Below the pieces are notes generated by a model. It ran no database searches. It saw nothing but the letters and a program-made list of their open reading frames with translations, and was not told where the DNA came from. Shown here piece after piece: positions 10,270 through 20,085 of a DNA stretch of 44,537 bases (its first letter is position 1; every line of letters begins with the position of its first letter). A program made the position numbers and the translations under genes. Source of the DNA: an uncultured delta proteobacterium. GTDB lineage: Bacteria; Desulfobacterota; WTBG01; CAIYCZ01. The stretch is taken from positions 1 to 44,537 of the forward strand of contig CAWDOY010000052.1 in assembly GCA_963803975.1 (NCBI GenBank). The letters are read 5' to 3'.

Positions 10270-11593
10270 GTGCATAGCTTCTATATTTTAATGGTGTGCC
10301 TGCTGTTGCTTATCCCTGCCTGCAAGCCGGTCCCGCAGGACACTCTGACGCTGCTCTACACCAGCGACACAACAGGGGAGATTGAGCCCTGCGGTTGAAA
10401 CTCAAACCCTTTAGGGGGGCTTGCCCGGCGGGCAAGCTATATTAAATCCGCGCGGCAGTCAGAAAAAAATGTTCTGCTGCTTGATGCCGGCAATGTTTTC
10501 GGCTATCCCGGCGTGCAGTCACGCCTGAAGAGTGAAACTGCCGTGGAAGCCATGTCCCTGATGTCCTATGCGGCGCTCAATATCAGCAACCTTGAGTTCA
10601 GCTTTGGCCTTGATTTCCTTCGTGATACCACACAAAAGTTTCAGATACCAACCCTCAGCGCCAATATTGTCTATGAAGACACCAATGAACCAATAACAGA
10701 AGCAGCCCGTATTATTTCATTCGATACTTTCACGGTGGGCATCACCGGAGTTGTCGGAAAAAAATATGAAAAAATCATTCTGCAATCCAATGCGGAAAAT
10801 GCCCGGCCGGTAAACGTGCTTGATGAAATGACCGCACTCCAGCAGCAGGTTGATGCCATCAGAGGCGCTGTTGACATACTCATAGTTCTTGCCAATGCGG
10901 GCGTGGAGCGCGCCAAAGAAATCGCACAGCAGATATCGGGGATTGATGTCATCGTCTGCGGGCACGGCGCTGATGAAATAAAGGCGCCCTACTTTATCAA
11001 TGGCGTGTACGTCGTTAAGGCAGGCTACGATGGGACCAGCATCGGAAAGCTGGCGCTCTCTCTTGACCGGAACAATAAAATTATCGACGCGCAGGGAGAA
11101 GTCGTCACCCTCGAGAAAGATATTGACGAGGACCAGGAGATGCTCGGACTTCTTGACGCCTACCATAAGAGCCTGAAGGAGCACGCCGACGAGCTGTTCA
11201 CCGGCGAACAGAAGCCGCCGTCTTCCGGCGGCTCATATGCGGGTTCGGCCCAATGTGCAGGCTGCCATCCAGAGCCAGGCGCAGCAGTGGAACACTACCG
11301 GCCATGCGCAAGCCTTCAGCTCCCTTATCGTAAAAAACCAGGATTATAATCCGGAGTGCGTAATCTGCCACGTGACCGGATTTGGTTATACGGGCGGCTT
11401 CAAGCGGCCGGATCAAAGCCAGGACCGGGCCAATGTTCAGTGCGAAATGTGTCATGGGGCCGGAGCGGAGCACGCGGCACAGCCGGCTCCCGGTTATGGC
11501 GCGATTTCAGCGCTTATCTGTATAAACTGCCACACCAGCGACAAGAGCCCGAACTTTGATTACGCAACGTACTACCCGAAGATCAAACATTAA
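10270..11593 (+). CDS. UshA/5'-nucleotidase-fold lipoprotein fused to a C-terminal tetraheme cytochrome c; predicted selenoprotein (TGA 10396-10398, motif EPCGU); frameshift near 11270
   Basis: GGAG RBS before GTG 10270 (alternative ATG 10243); lipobox IPAC; LLYTSDTTGEIEPCG-U-NSNPLGGLARRASYI...LLLDAGN in frame with ORF 10513; hemes CAGCH, CVICH, CEMCH, CINCH. Confidence 0.85.
10419..10437 (+). promoter_or_regulatory. Candidate bacterial SECIS element for TGA 10396
   Basis: Perfect hairpin GCTTGCCC-GGC-GGGCAAGC with G-starting loop about 28 nt after the UGA. Confidence 0.65.
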
Positions 11594-11663
11594 CTGCAGG
11601 TACATATAGTACATTTTATCGGCTAAATGACCGGGCTTTTGATTTTAGAAAGGGGGATTGTAC

Positions 11664-12771
11664 GTGAAAACAATAAAAACAATTTTACAAGTGAGCATTT
11701 TCCTTCCTGTTGTTCTTCTTGCAGGCTGCTCTGATGAGGTGACGCGATAAAATTGCTGCTGTTATTCATGACAAAGTTCTAACCGTCGATACCCATGTTG
11801 ATACGCCGCTGCTGCTGGTATCTGAAAATTTTGACCTGGGTATGCGGCATGAACCTAAAAAGATTATTTATAAACTGGATTTACCCCGCATGGAGGAAGG
11901 GGGGCTTGATGCGGTGTTCTTTGCCATTTTTGTCTTTCAGGGCCCTCGAACTCCTGAAGGCAATGAAAAGGCAAAGCAGAATGCCTTGAAAACCTTTACT
12001 GCCATTAAAGACAGTCTCGATCAAAATGCTGATGCCGCAGAACTGGCGCTGACGCCGGATGATGCCTACCGGCTGCAGCGGGATAAAAGGCGGGCAATAT
12101 TTATCGGCATGGAAAATGGGTATCCGGTCGGCACAGATCTCTCCCTTATACAGACCTATTATGAACTGGGTGCCCGGTATATTACCCTGTGCCACTGGGC
12201 AAACAATGATATCTGCGATGCCGCCACTGACCCGGCTGGCCCTGAGCATAACGGCTTGAGTGAATTTGGCAAACAGGTTGTTGCAGAAATGAACCGCCTG
12301 GGAATGATGGTTGATATCTCACACGTCTCCGACAAAACAGTGCTTGATGTGCTGGAGATGTCCACAGCGCCCATAATTGCCTCGCATTCGAGCGCACGCG
12401 CTGTCTATGAACACCCCCGAAACCTGCCTGATGAACTCCTGAAAAAGATTGCCGACAAGGGTGGTGTGGTGCAGGCAACCATAGAGTATGTGAAAGCTCA
12501 TGCCTCATATGAACGTCCGGAGCTTCCCACGGTGGCAGAGTTTGTTGACCATATTGATCATATTGTTCAGGTTGCAGGGATTGACCATGTGGGCATCGGC
12601 ACTGATTTTGACGGCGGCGGAGAGCTTGCGGACTGCTATGATGTGAGCGAAATGGGAAACATCACCCGCGAACTGGTAAAGCGGGGCTACACGGCTGCGC
12701 AGATAGAGAAGATCTGGGGCGGCAACCTGATGCGGGTATTCAAAAATGTTCAGGAGGCGGCAGAAAAATAA
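11664..12771 (+). CDS. Membrane (renal-type, M19) dipeptidase lipoprotein; frameshift near 11745
   Basis: GTG 11664 with signal and lipobox VLLAGC; VDTHVDTP, GMENG, ITLCHWANN, MMVDISHVS, ASHS, HPRN, HVGIGTDFDGG, IWGGNLMRV. Confidence 0.88.
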
Positions 12772-13140
12772 CAAGGAACGAGCAAGTCGCAAAAGTTTTA
12801 AGCTGAAGAAGTATATTCAAGAAGTAGCTACATAATCATAAACCAATACAATTCGGACTTAGTTTTAACCTGACCAGGAAAGACATTCTTCTGATAATGT
12901 TAAGCGCTTACCAATTGTCCAAATAGCAATAACCTTCACTGGCAATAAAAATTCAAAGCTCAAGAATCATAGCCGCATGTTGCACTTTTTGTAGACGGTA
13001 AAATTGCTGCTTTCTTAATAAAGTGTTGAATTGTTTAAGCAGTGAGAATTGTTGCGCTTATAAACAGAAGCTGCAACTTTTTCTGATAATGGCCCACCAC
13101 AAGATGTAGGTGCAAAAAAGCAAGGCCATTGATGGCTAGC

Positions 13141-14470
13141 GGTGTATGAAAATGTCTGTGTAATACTGGATTAGATAAAGAAACTCAATCCATTAAACAG
13201 GAGGACTACACATGCCAATCAAAGACGAATCGTGCTTGATGAATTACTGAAGGAGTATAAAAATCCGGAAGACCTCATTGGGAAAGACGGCATACTGAAA
13301 CAGCTCACCAAACGTCTGGTAGAAAAGGCGATGGAATCGGAGCTGACCCACCATCTGGGCTATGACAAGAACAGCCCTGCCGGCAACAACACGGGCAATT
13401 CCCGTAACGGTAAATCCTCAAAAACCATCAAAGGTGATTTTGGCGAAATCCCCATAACGGTCCCCCGGGATCGCAACGGGGAGTTCAACCTCCAGATCAT
13501 AAAGAAGAACCAGACGCGTTTTGATGGTTTTGACGATAAAATCATTTCCATGTATGCCCGTGGGATGACCACCCGCGACATTCAGGCCCATCTGCAGGAC
13601 ATCTACGGTGTTGAGGTATCCCCCGACCTCATATCCAATGTCACTGATGCAGTTATCAACGAGGTCAAGGAATGGCAAAATCGCCCCCTGGCAGACATAT
13701 ATCCCATTCTGTATCTTGATGCCACGATAGTAAAAGTCCGCAGCGAGGGCCGTGTTATTAACAAAAGCGCTTATCTTGCTGTCGGCATAACGCTGGATGG
13801 CACCAAAGACGTGCTGGGCATCTGGCTTGAGCAGACCGAAGGAGCCAAGTTCTGGCTGAAGGTTATGACGGAATTAAAGAACCGGGGTGTGCAGGACATC
13901 TATATCGCCTGTGTCGATGGATTAAAGGGCTTCCCTGATGCCATAGAGGCCATGTTCCCTAAAACCGAGGTGCAGCTCTGCATCGTGCATATGGTCCGGA
14001 ACAGTTTACGGTTTGTCTCCTGGAAGGACCGCAAAAACGTTGCTGCCGATCTCAAGGCTGTTTACCAGGCTGCTACCGAAGAGCAAGCTCGGATGCGCCT
14101 TTCTGCATTTGCTCAGAAGTGGGACGCAAAGTATCCCACCATCGCAAAGTCATGGGAAGCAAACTGGCAGCGCCTGATTCCGTTTTTTGCCTACTCCGAG
14201 GAAATCAGGCGAATTATCTATACAACAAATGCCATCGAGTCATTGAACAACTCACTGAAAAAGACTATAAAAAACAGGGCTTCGTTCCCCAATGACGAGG
14301 CCGCTATAAAGCTTTTGTATTTGTGCCTTGAAAAATATTATGAAAAAATGGACAATGCCAGTACGAAATCTGGGGCACGGCTCTGAATCAGCTGGCGGTA
14401 CGTATATGCTGACCGGATGCCCATTTAATGAGCAACGGGAATTATCATTTACACGGAATCTCGATACTTT
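13141..14470 (+). mobile_element. IS256-family insertion sequence
   Basis: Transposase flanked by imperfect inverted ends GTATGAAAATGTCTGTGTAA (13144-13163) and TTACACGGAATCTCGATAC (14449-14467). Confidence 0.85.
13212..14428 (+). CDS. IS256 (Mutator) family transposase, frameshifted at both ends
   Basis: RNGKSSKT, VPRDRNGEF, YLDA, VDGLKGFPDAI, QLCIVHMVRNS, IYTTNAIESLN; RBS GGAGGA before ATG 13212. Confidence 0.92.
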
Positions 14471-14627
14471 AGATTTTGAGCTTCTCTATCCTTTAGCGCA
14501 GCTGCCATGCTGACTTCATTTAAAAAGAAGTCCTTTTCCCCTTCATATTGATATTGCAAGTGATCTGATTTCCGGTTATACACATATTTATTGATCAACC
14601 ATGAAGTTAACCGCAAGGAGTTGAGAT

Positions 14628-16559
14628 ATGAACCAGGTACGCAATTTTGCAATAATCACTTTTTTCCTCTTGTTCGGTATTGTGAGCGCTATTCCGCTGG
14701 CTATCGCTGCTGATCCGTGCAACTTAACTGTTAGCCAGGGAGGGGCGCAGAAAGAAATTATAGACACTGACTGTGACGGTCTGCCTGATACAGCCTGCGC
14801 TGACTGCACGCCCTCTTATCCAAAGGCTGACAACTGCCCGTATATACAAAATGCAAATAGTAAAGGGACATGCACTGCCGGCACAAAAATCGGAGAACTA
14901 TGTACCGGCAATACTGAATGCGGCTTTGGCGGTTTCTGCAGCATGAACCAGGAGGATGCGGACGAAGACGGGTCCGGCGATGCCTGCGACTACTGCGCAG
15001 GCACCGGCGGCTTTGATAAGGATGCTGACGGCATCTGTGACGGGGAAGACAACTGTCCCACCGTTCCCAACCCGGATCAGAATGACAATGTCTGCCTCAA
15101 TAAAATAGAGAAGTTTGCACCGGTTGGTATTTTTAAGGGCAGCTGGTATGACATCGGGCGGCAGGTCGGCCAGGCTTTCCCGGACAGCATTATCGATTTC
15201 AGCAACACCATGAGGCTCGTCATTACTTTTGTCGGCCCCGGCCATGGCTGGACAGCACAGAAGTATTATGATGCAGTTCAAGATTTCATCCCGCAGAGCG
15301 CAAAGGACCATATGCAGGGCATGGCAGCAGGCCTGGCAGATGTCAGGCCGATGAGCTACGATACTGCCTGGGATATGGTAATAACCCTCAATATGGCCAC
15401 AGAGCTGCTTAACATGGACAACATGTCGTCCATCCCTGATGCCCCTGCATACGAGCTGCGCGGCTGCACCGGGTTTGCTGTTTCTTCAGCTGCCGGGACA
15501 TTTTTTGGCCACAACACTGATGCACAAAGCATGGTCAACGGCAGTGCAATTATGTATTTTGAGCCGGATAACGGTGATTATTCCTATATCAGCATAGACC
15601 CTCCGGGCTGGGTATTTGTGGGTTACGGTCTTAATGAAAAGGGAATAGCCGTCACCACCAATGCCGGCAGCCCAAGCCCTGATGCATTAATGGGCCTGGA
15701 CCCAAACCTGATGCTGCGCACCGTCATGGAACATGCCGCAACGCTGGAGGAGGCGGTTGACCTTTTTCAGGATTTCCTCTCAAGCGGGAAAAACTTTGGC
15801 ACTGGCGGGGCAATTATTCACATTGTGGATTTCAACCAGTCCACCATGGCAAAAATCCAGGTCCGCTCAAAGGTGATAGAGGTAACCTACGGGCAGCAGT
15901 CGCCGTACGGGGTTGATTATATCGGTTCGGCCAATCATTTTGTGGGCGATTTTAATGTTGATCCGGATTATTATTACGAATCTTCATGGAAGCGTTATGA
16001 ACGATTAATGCAGCTGTTAAATCAAATGCAAACCTTTGACATGCAAGCCTGCTGGACGGTGCTCAGCGATACCAGTCAGGAAAAACCCAATAACAACATA
16101 TCGCGCACCGGCGGCTTTGGTCAGAGCGTCACTCAGTTTGGCACTATTTTTACCAGGGATGGGATGTATTATACCCTGCAGGCGCCGCACCGGTACTTTG
16201 CAGAATATGACGACGCCGCAGTTCCTGAGCTTTCCCTCAGGGCGGGGATACCCTTGCAACATGCAGCGCTGCTCCCCGGTTCCGCAAGGTGATTCTCAGC
16301 TGGACAACAGCATCTGAGGCTGATATTGCCGGTTTTAACCTGTACCGTTTGGAAGCAAAGGGCGGCAAGGCACTAAAGATCAATGCTGCGCTGATTCCGG
16401 TAAAGGGAGCGGGACAGGCGTATGAAGTTACTGATACTAATGTAACGAACAGAAAGACCTACTATTACCGGCTTGAAAGCGTTGACAAGAACGGCGCAAC
16501 AACGCTGCTTGATATAATGAGCGCAACACCACGGCTGTTTATTCTGGCTCGGAAAGTAG
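14628..16559 (+). CDS. Secreted C45-family (Ntn-hydrolase) peptidase/acyltransferase with N-terminal thrombospondin type-3 repeats and a C-terminal FN3-like domain (frameshifts near 16220-16290 and 16540)
   Basis: Signal peptide; DADEDGSGDACD and DNCPTVPNPDQ repeats; G/CTGFAV autocleavage site, GHNTD, GLNEKGIAV, SANHF; tail LSWTTASEADIAGFNLYR...YYYRLESVD...ATPRLLFWLGK* after removing one T. Confidence 0.75.
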
Positions 16560-16586
16560 CAGGACGTATTGGTCGGCAATTACAAA

Positions 16587-16613
16587 AAGGCGGAGTTATA
16601 GAAACTCCGCCTT
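16587..16613 (+). terminator. Intrinsic terminator
   Basis: AAGGCGGAGTT / AACTCCGCCTT stem followed by CTTT. Confidence 0.75.
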
Positions 16614-16705
16614 CTTTATAAAAACATCGCACCGGTAAACACGGATGGGCTGAAATTCTGAACAGAACCGCGAATAAAACAATACGGAAACGGAGGTTGT
16701 AATCA

Positions 16706-18028
16706 ATGGCACATTTTGATGTTGCGATTGTTGGGGCCGGTCCGGCCGGCCTTGGCGCATGTCTTAAGGCTGCCTCCCTGGGGCTGAAGGTGGCGCTCAT
16801 TGAGCGCAGAAGCAGGCTATCCCCGATTACGCGTGCCTGTTCCGAAGGGCTTCTCTACGAAGAGCCGTATAACGGGGACGCGATACGCGTCAACAGGGAA
16901 AAAGGCCGTATCGAGTTTATGAACTCAGGCTTTTCTCTGCGCTACACCGGCCCCATACGAGAGGTGCCTTATTTTGCCAACATCTCATACCGCGGCAACC
17001 GGATGAAAATCGTGCGGGATGACGGCAAACCGATTCACCTGGTGATTGATAAGGGAAGGTACCTGGAAGAGAATCTTGAAGATGCAGTCAGGGCCGGTGT
17101 CTCATACTTCCCGGACCGGACTGTTGTTGATCTTGACAATTCACAACAGGGTATTGTCATCCAGACGGATAAAGGCAGTTTTACATCCCGGTATTTGATA
17201 GCAGCAGACGGCCACAACTCAGTCTGTGCACGCATTGCCGGGTTTAATCTTGAGCGGCAGTTTTACGGAACCCTCACCGGTGCCTGCTGGCATATTCAGG
17301 GGGCGACACCGGAAGATGCGGCACATATCCATCTGCTCGAGGGAAAAGATAACCCGTCTGTTTTCTGCATGTGCCCGCGGGTGGATGATGGAGAGTTCAG
17401 CGTTATGATATCCGGATTTTCTCCTGATCCGCATTATGCTGAACGGTTTGAGCAGGTTAAACATAATTCTGTCCTGTCTCCCATTTTTAAACAGGGGGTT
17501 ACCGTGAAGAGGATGCTTGCCTGCGTTCTGAATCTTTTTCACCCGCTTAACAACCCGTGCCGGGATAATATATTTGTAGTCGGTGATGCTGCCTGGCTCG
17601 GCCAGACCAGCAACTCCCACGCGGCCCTCACCGGCGCCAGGGCAGCAGAGTGCATCGGCGATGCTTTGCAGAACCAATGTAGTGCTGATGAAGCATACCG
17701 GCACTACCATGCCTGGTGGGAGGAAAATTATCTCAATTACGCAAAGGTGCCGGGCGGCGGAAACATTTTTGATGAGCTCACCAGGGATGAAATAGATGAA
17801 CTCTTTTCCTACATGCCTGCTGAAATCCCGGGCTCCATGGAGCCCCGCAAGGCAAAGCAGCTCATGGCCGCGTTTTTTCAGAAGCTTATCCCGGAAATTC
17901 AGCAGAAGAACCCCGCACTGGTGCAGCGGATAATGTCAATACAGCAGAAAACTGTTGATGATGCCTGGGCTGAAAAACGCCGGCAGGGTATTCCGGTGAG
18001 ACAAAAGCTCAGGAAAGAAATGGCATGA
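16706..18028 (+). CDS. Geranylgeranyl-reductase-like NAD(P)/FAD-dependent oxidoreductase
   Basis: FDVAIVGAGPAG, LIAADGHNS, FVVGDAA; CGGAGG RBS. Confidence 0.8.
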   Translation: MAHFDVAIVGAGPAGLGACLKAASLGLKVALIERRSRLSPITRACSEGLLYEEPYNGDAIRVNREKGRIEFMNSGFSLRYTGPIREVPYFANISYRGNRMKIVRDDGKPIHLVIDKGRYLEENLEDAVRAGVSYFPDRTVVDLDNSQQGIVIQTDKGSFTSRYLIAADGHNSVCARIAGFNLERQFYGTLTGACWHIQGATPEDAAHIHLLEGKDNPSVFCMCPRVDDGEFSVMISGFSPDPHYAERFEQVKHNSVLSPIFKQGVTVKRMLACVLNLFHPLNNPCRDNIFVVGDAAWLGQTSNSHAALTGARAAECIGDALQNQCSADEAYRHYHAWWEENYLNYAKVPGGGNIFDELTRDEIDELFSYMPAEIPGSMEPRKAKQLMAAFFQKLIPEIQQKNPALVQRIMSIQQKTVDDAWAEKRRQGIPVRQKLRKEMA

Positions 18029-18834
18029 CAAAAGTCAGAAGCACCCATATATGTGTTGAAAAACGTCCCTGCCTTCATATCAGCAACGGCATCCCCTCTC
18101 CGTCTGCCGTAACCATGATCCATGAAACCCCCGTGGAGCTACGGATCAACGGGCACCGGCTTATCCGCACCCAGTGCATGGCCCATGAAATAGAGCAGAT
18201 GGCTGTGGGCTTCATGGTATGCGAAGGCCTTCTAAAGAAGCGTTCCGAGCTGAAGCAGGTAGAGGCTGACGCAGCCGCAGGGGTTGTCAATGTTGTTGCA
18301 GACATTCCCCGGGAACGGATTACCTTGGCCGGTGCGCACACCCGCCTTGCTTCAGGCGGCAGCAAGACCGGGGTTATTGATCTTGTGCAGGAGAAGGTTG
18401 CCGGCGGCTTCAGCATAGCATCAAAAAAGACCATCGATGCCGTCCACCTGATCAGCCTTGGCAATGAGTTTAACAATTTTGCCGGGCTGTACCGTGACAG
18501 CCGTTTTGTGCACTCGGCAGCTCTTTCTGACGGGAGCACCATGCTTCGTCATTGTGAAGATGTAGGCAGGCATAATGCCGTGGACAAGGTGCTGGGTTAT
18601 GGCTTTATGGAAGGGCTGCAGTTTGACGGGCTGGTATTGCTTTGTTCAGGACGCTTCTCCCTTGAGATGGTATCAAAGGTTGCCTGCGTAGGAATTTCCA
18701 TCTATATTTCACCCGCTGCGCCAAGCGTTGAGGCGGTGGAACTTGCCGAGCGCATTGGTATGACCCTGTGCGGCAGGGTAAAAAGAGACACCGCGAACCT
18801 TTACTCCTGTCCCTGGCGGGTCACCGGCCGCTAG
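18025..18834 (+). CDS. fdhD: Formate dehydrogenase accessory sulfurtransferase FdhD family
   Basis: ETPVELRING, AVGFMVCEG, VHSAAL, EDVGRHNAVDKVLG, SGRFSLEMVSK. Confidence 0.88.
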   Translation: MTKVRSTHICVEKRPCLHISNGIPSPSAVTMIHETPVELRINGHRLIRTQCMAHEIEQMAVGFMVCEGLLKKRSELKQVEADAAAGVVNVVADIPRERITLAGAHTRLASGGSKTGVIDLVQEKVAGGFSIASKKTIDAVHLISLGNEFNNFAGLYRDSRFVHSAALSDGSTMLRHCEDVGRHNAVDKVLGYGFMEGLQFDGLVLLCSGRFSLEMVSKVACVGISIYISPAAPSVEAVELAERIGMTLCGRVKRDTANLYSCPWRVTGR

Positions 18835-18959
18835 CAGGCTGTTGAAAAACACCCATCTGCTTCGTTGCGCTCATCCTTCGTCATTGCGACGTACGGTACA
18901 GTACGCCTCATTCCTCTTGATTTCGCGCGCCTTGCATCCGGATGTTTTTGACCAGCCTG
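18835..18959. mobile_element. MITE-like non-autonomous element
   Basis: Terminal inverted repeats CAGGCTGTTGAAAAACA / TGTTTTTGACCAGCCTG (15/17) enclosing an internal palindrome CGTAC..GTACG; no ORF. Confidence 0.6.
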
Positions 18960-19140
18960 GGGAAAAACTACTTTTTTAACAACCCGATAGACAGGCAGAA
19001 TCCCTAATGGCCATGCAGGATGTCTGAGAAATGCGGGCCCCGGTTATTCGAAAATAGTTGCCTCTGACTCCCGCCAGTGCCTCTGCAAATTGTATACTCC
19101 TCTGTCTGTAAAAAAAATAATGCCTCCCGTAAACTTTATC

Positions 19141-19172
19141 TTGACAATGTTCCTATTTAGTAATAATTACTA
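19141..19172 (+). promoter_or_regulatory. Sigma70 promoter with Fur/PerR-type 7-1-7 operator
   Basis: TTGACA 19141-19146; perfect TAGTAAT-A-ATTACTA at 19158-19172 overlapping the -10 region, upstream of a Fur-family gene. Confidence 0.75.
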
Positions 19173-19231
19173 TTTCGTAATTAACCAATAAAGCTTGCTC
19201 CTCCCGGCCGGGGATTGCGGGCACCAACACC

Positions 19232-19651
19232 ATGGATATATCGAAAAGAGATCTGGCGGAGAAGATACGAAGCTGCGGCCTGAAGCCGACTGCCCAGCGC
19301 ATAACTATCTTGCAGAACCTTGCCGTGCGCAAAGATCATCCCAGTGCTGATGCAGTGTATCGCTCGCTGCGGGACGAGCATCCCAGCCTGTCCCTCAACA
19401 CCATACACATGAACCTGGAGAGCTTCGCGGCAAAGGGGGTTATCCTCAAGGTCAATGTGCTCCACGAGTCCGCGCGGTTTGACGGCGACAACGGCCCGCA
19501 CCACCACTTTGTGTGTGTCCGCTGCAAAAAGATTATCGATCTGCATAACGTGAAAGTCCCGAAAATTAAAATCCCCAGGGAACTGGGTGCAGCAAAAATA
19601 TTTTATCAGCATCTGCGCATTAACGGAATATGTGAAGCATGTCAGGGGTAA
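19232..19651 (+). CDS. perR: Fur-family regulator, PerR-like
   Basis: GLKPTAQR, HPSADAVY, RFDG...HHHFVCVRCKKIID, GICEAC; upstream of rubredoxin/rubrerythrin. Confidence 0.8.
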   Translation: MDISKRDLAEKIRSCGLKPTAQRITILQNLAVRKDHPSADAVYRSLRDEHPSLSLNTIHMNLESFAAKGVILKVNVLHESARFDGDNGPHHHFVCVRCKKIIDLHNVKVPKIKIPRELGAAKIFYQHLRINGICEACQG

Positions 19652-19698
19652 AGACAGCAGGACCAAACAATCATTACTTAATCATGGAAGGGGGTAGT

Positions 19699-20004
19699 AT
19701 GAACAAACAGGAATTAGACCAGTTTTTAGAATTACACCAGAATATCGAGTGGCAGGAGGATACGGATGCCCTACTATTCCGGAATGCAAACCTGCCGTGG
19801 TATCAGGAAGAGACGCACCGGGCTACGCGGGTGACCATTGCCAAGCTGCAGGAGCTCACGCCGGATCAATTGCTTCAGGGTATCAACAAGGGGCTTGATG
19901 TGGAATGCATAACACGGATTACCGGTTATTTTGCCAAGACCCGGAGTTTTAACCCCGGCAAAACTGCTGAGCTTAAGGATCGCTACAAGCCAGCCATGGA
20001 ATAA
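19699..20004 (+). CDS. Small stand-alone protein carrying the NrdD (class III RNR) C-terminal glycyl-radical motif
   Basis: 101 aa ending ECITRITGYFAKTRSFNPGKTAELKDRY, matching the NrdD C-terminal RxxGY...FNxGKxxExxDR pattern; GAAGGGGG RBS. Confidence 0.75.
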   Translation: MNKQELDQFLELHQNIEWQEDTDALLFRNANLPWYQEETHRATRVTIAKLQELTPDQLLQGINKGLDVECITRITGYFAKTRSFNPGKTAELKDRYKPAME

Positions 20005-20085
20005 AACAGATTCTCTCAGACAGCAGAGCTCAAGAATCATTGTAAGATGCCGGCTGATTATTCACATCAAACAGCGGCACGAGTA

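Noticed and set aside
12780..13090. Gene remnant in the AT-rich stretch before IS256
   Set aside because: No convincing ORF or motif on either strand.
16290..16292. TGA ending ORF 14628-16292 (and TGA 3000-3002) as Sec
   Set aside because: The ORFs are already out of frame there, there is no Cys-type motif, and the sensible protein continues in another frame.
7984..16559. Beta-lactam pathway suggested by CefD-like, dehydropeptidase-like and C45 (IPN acyltransferase-like) homologs
   Set aside because: No NRPS, IPN synthase or beta-lactam synthetase is present; these are broad families, and the C45 gene is separated by an IS and has its own upstream region.
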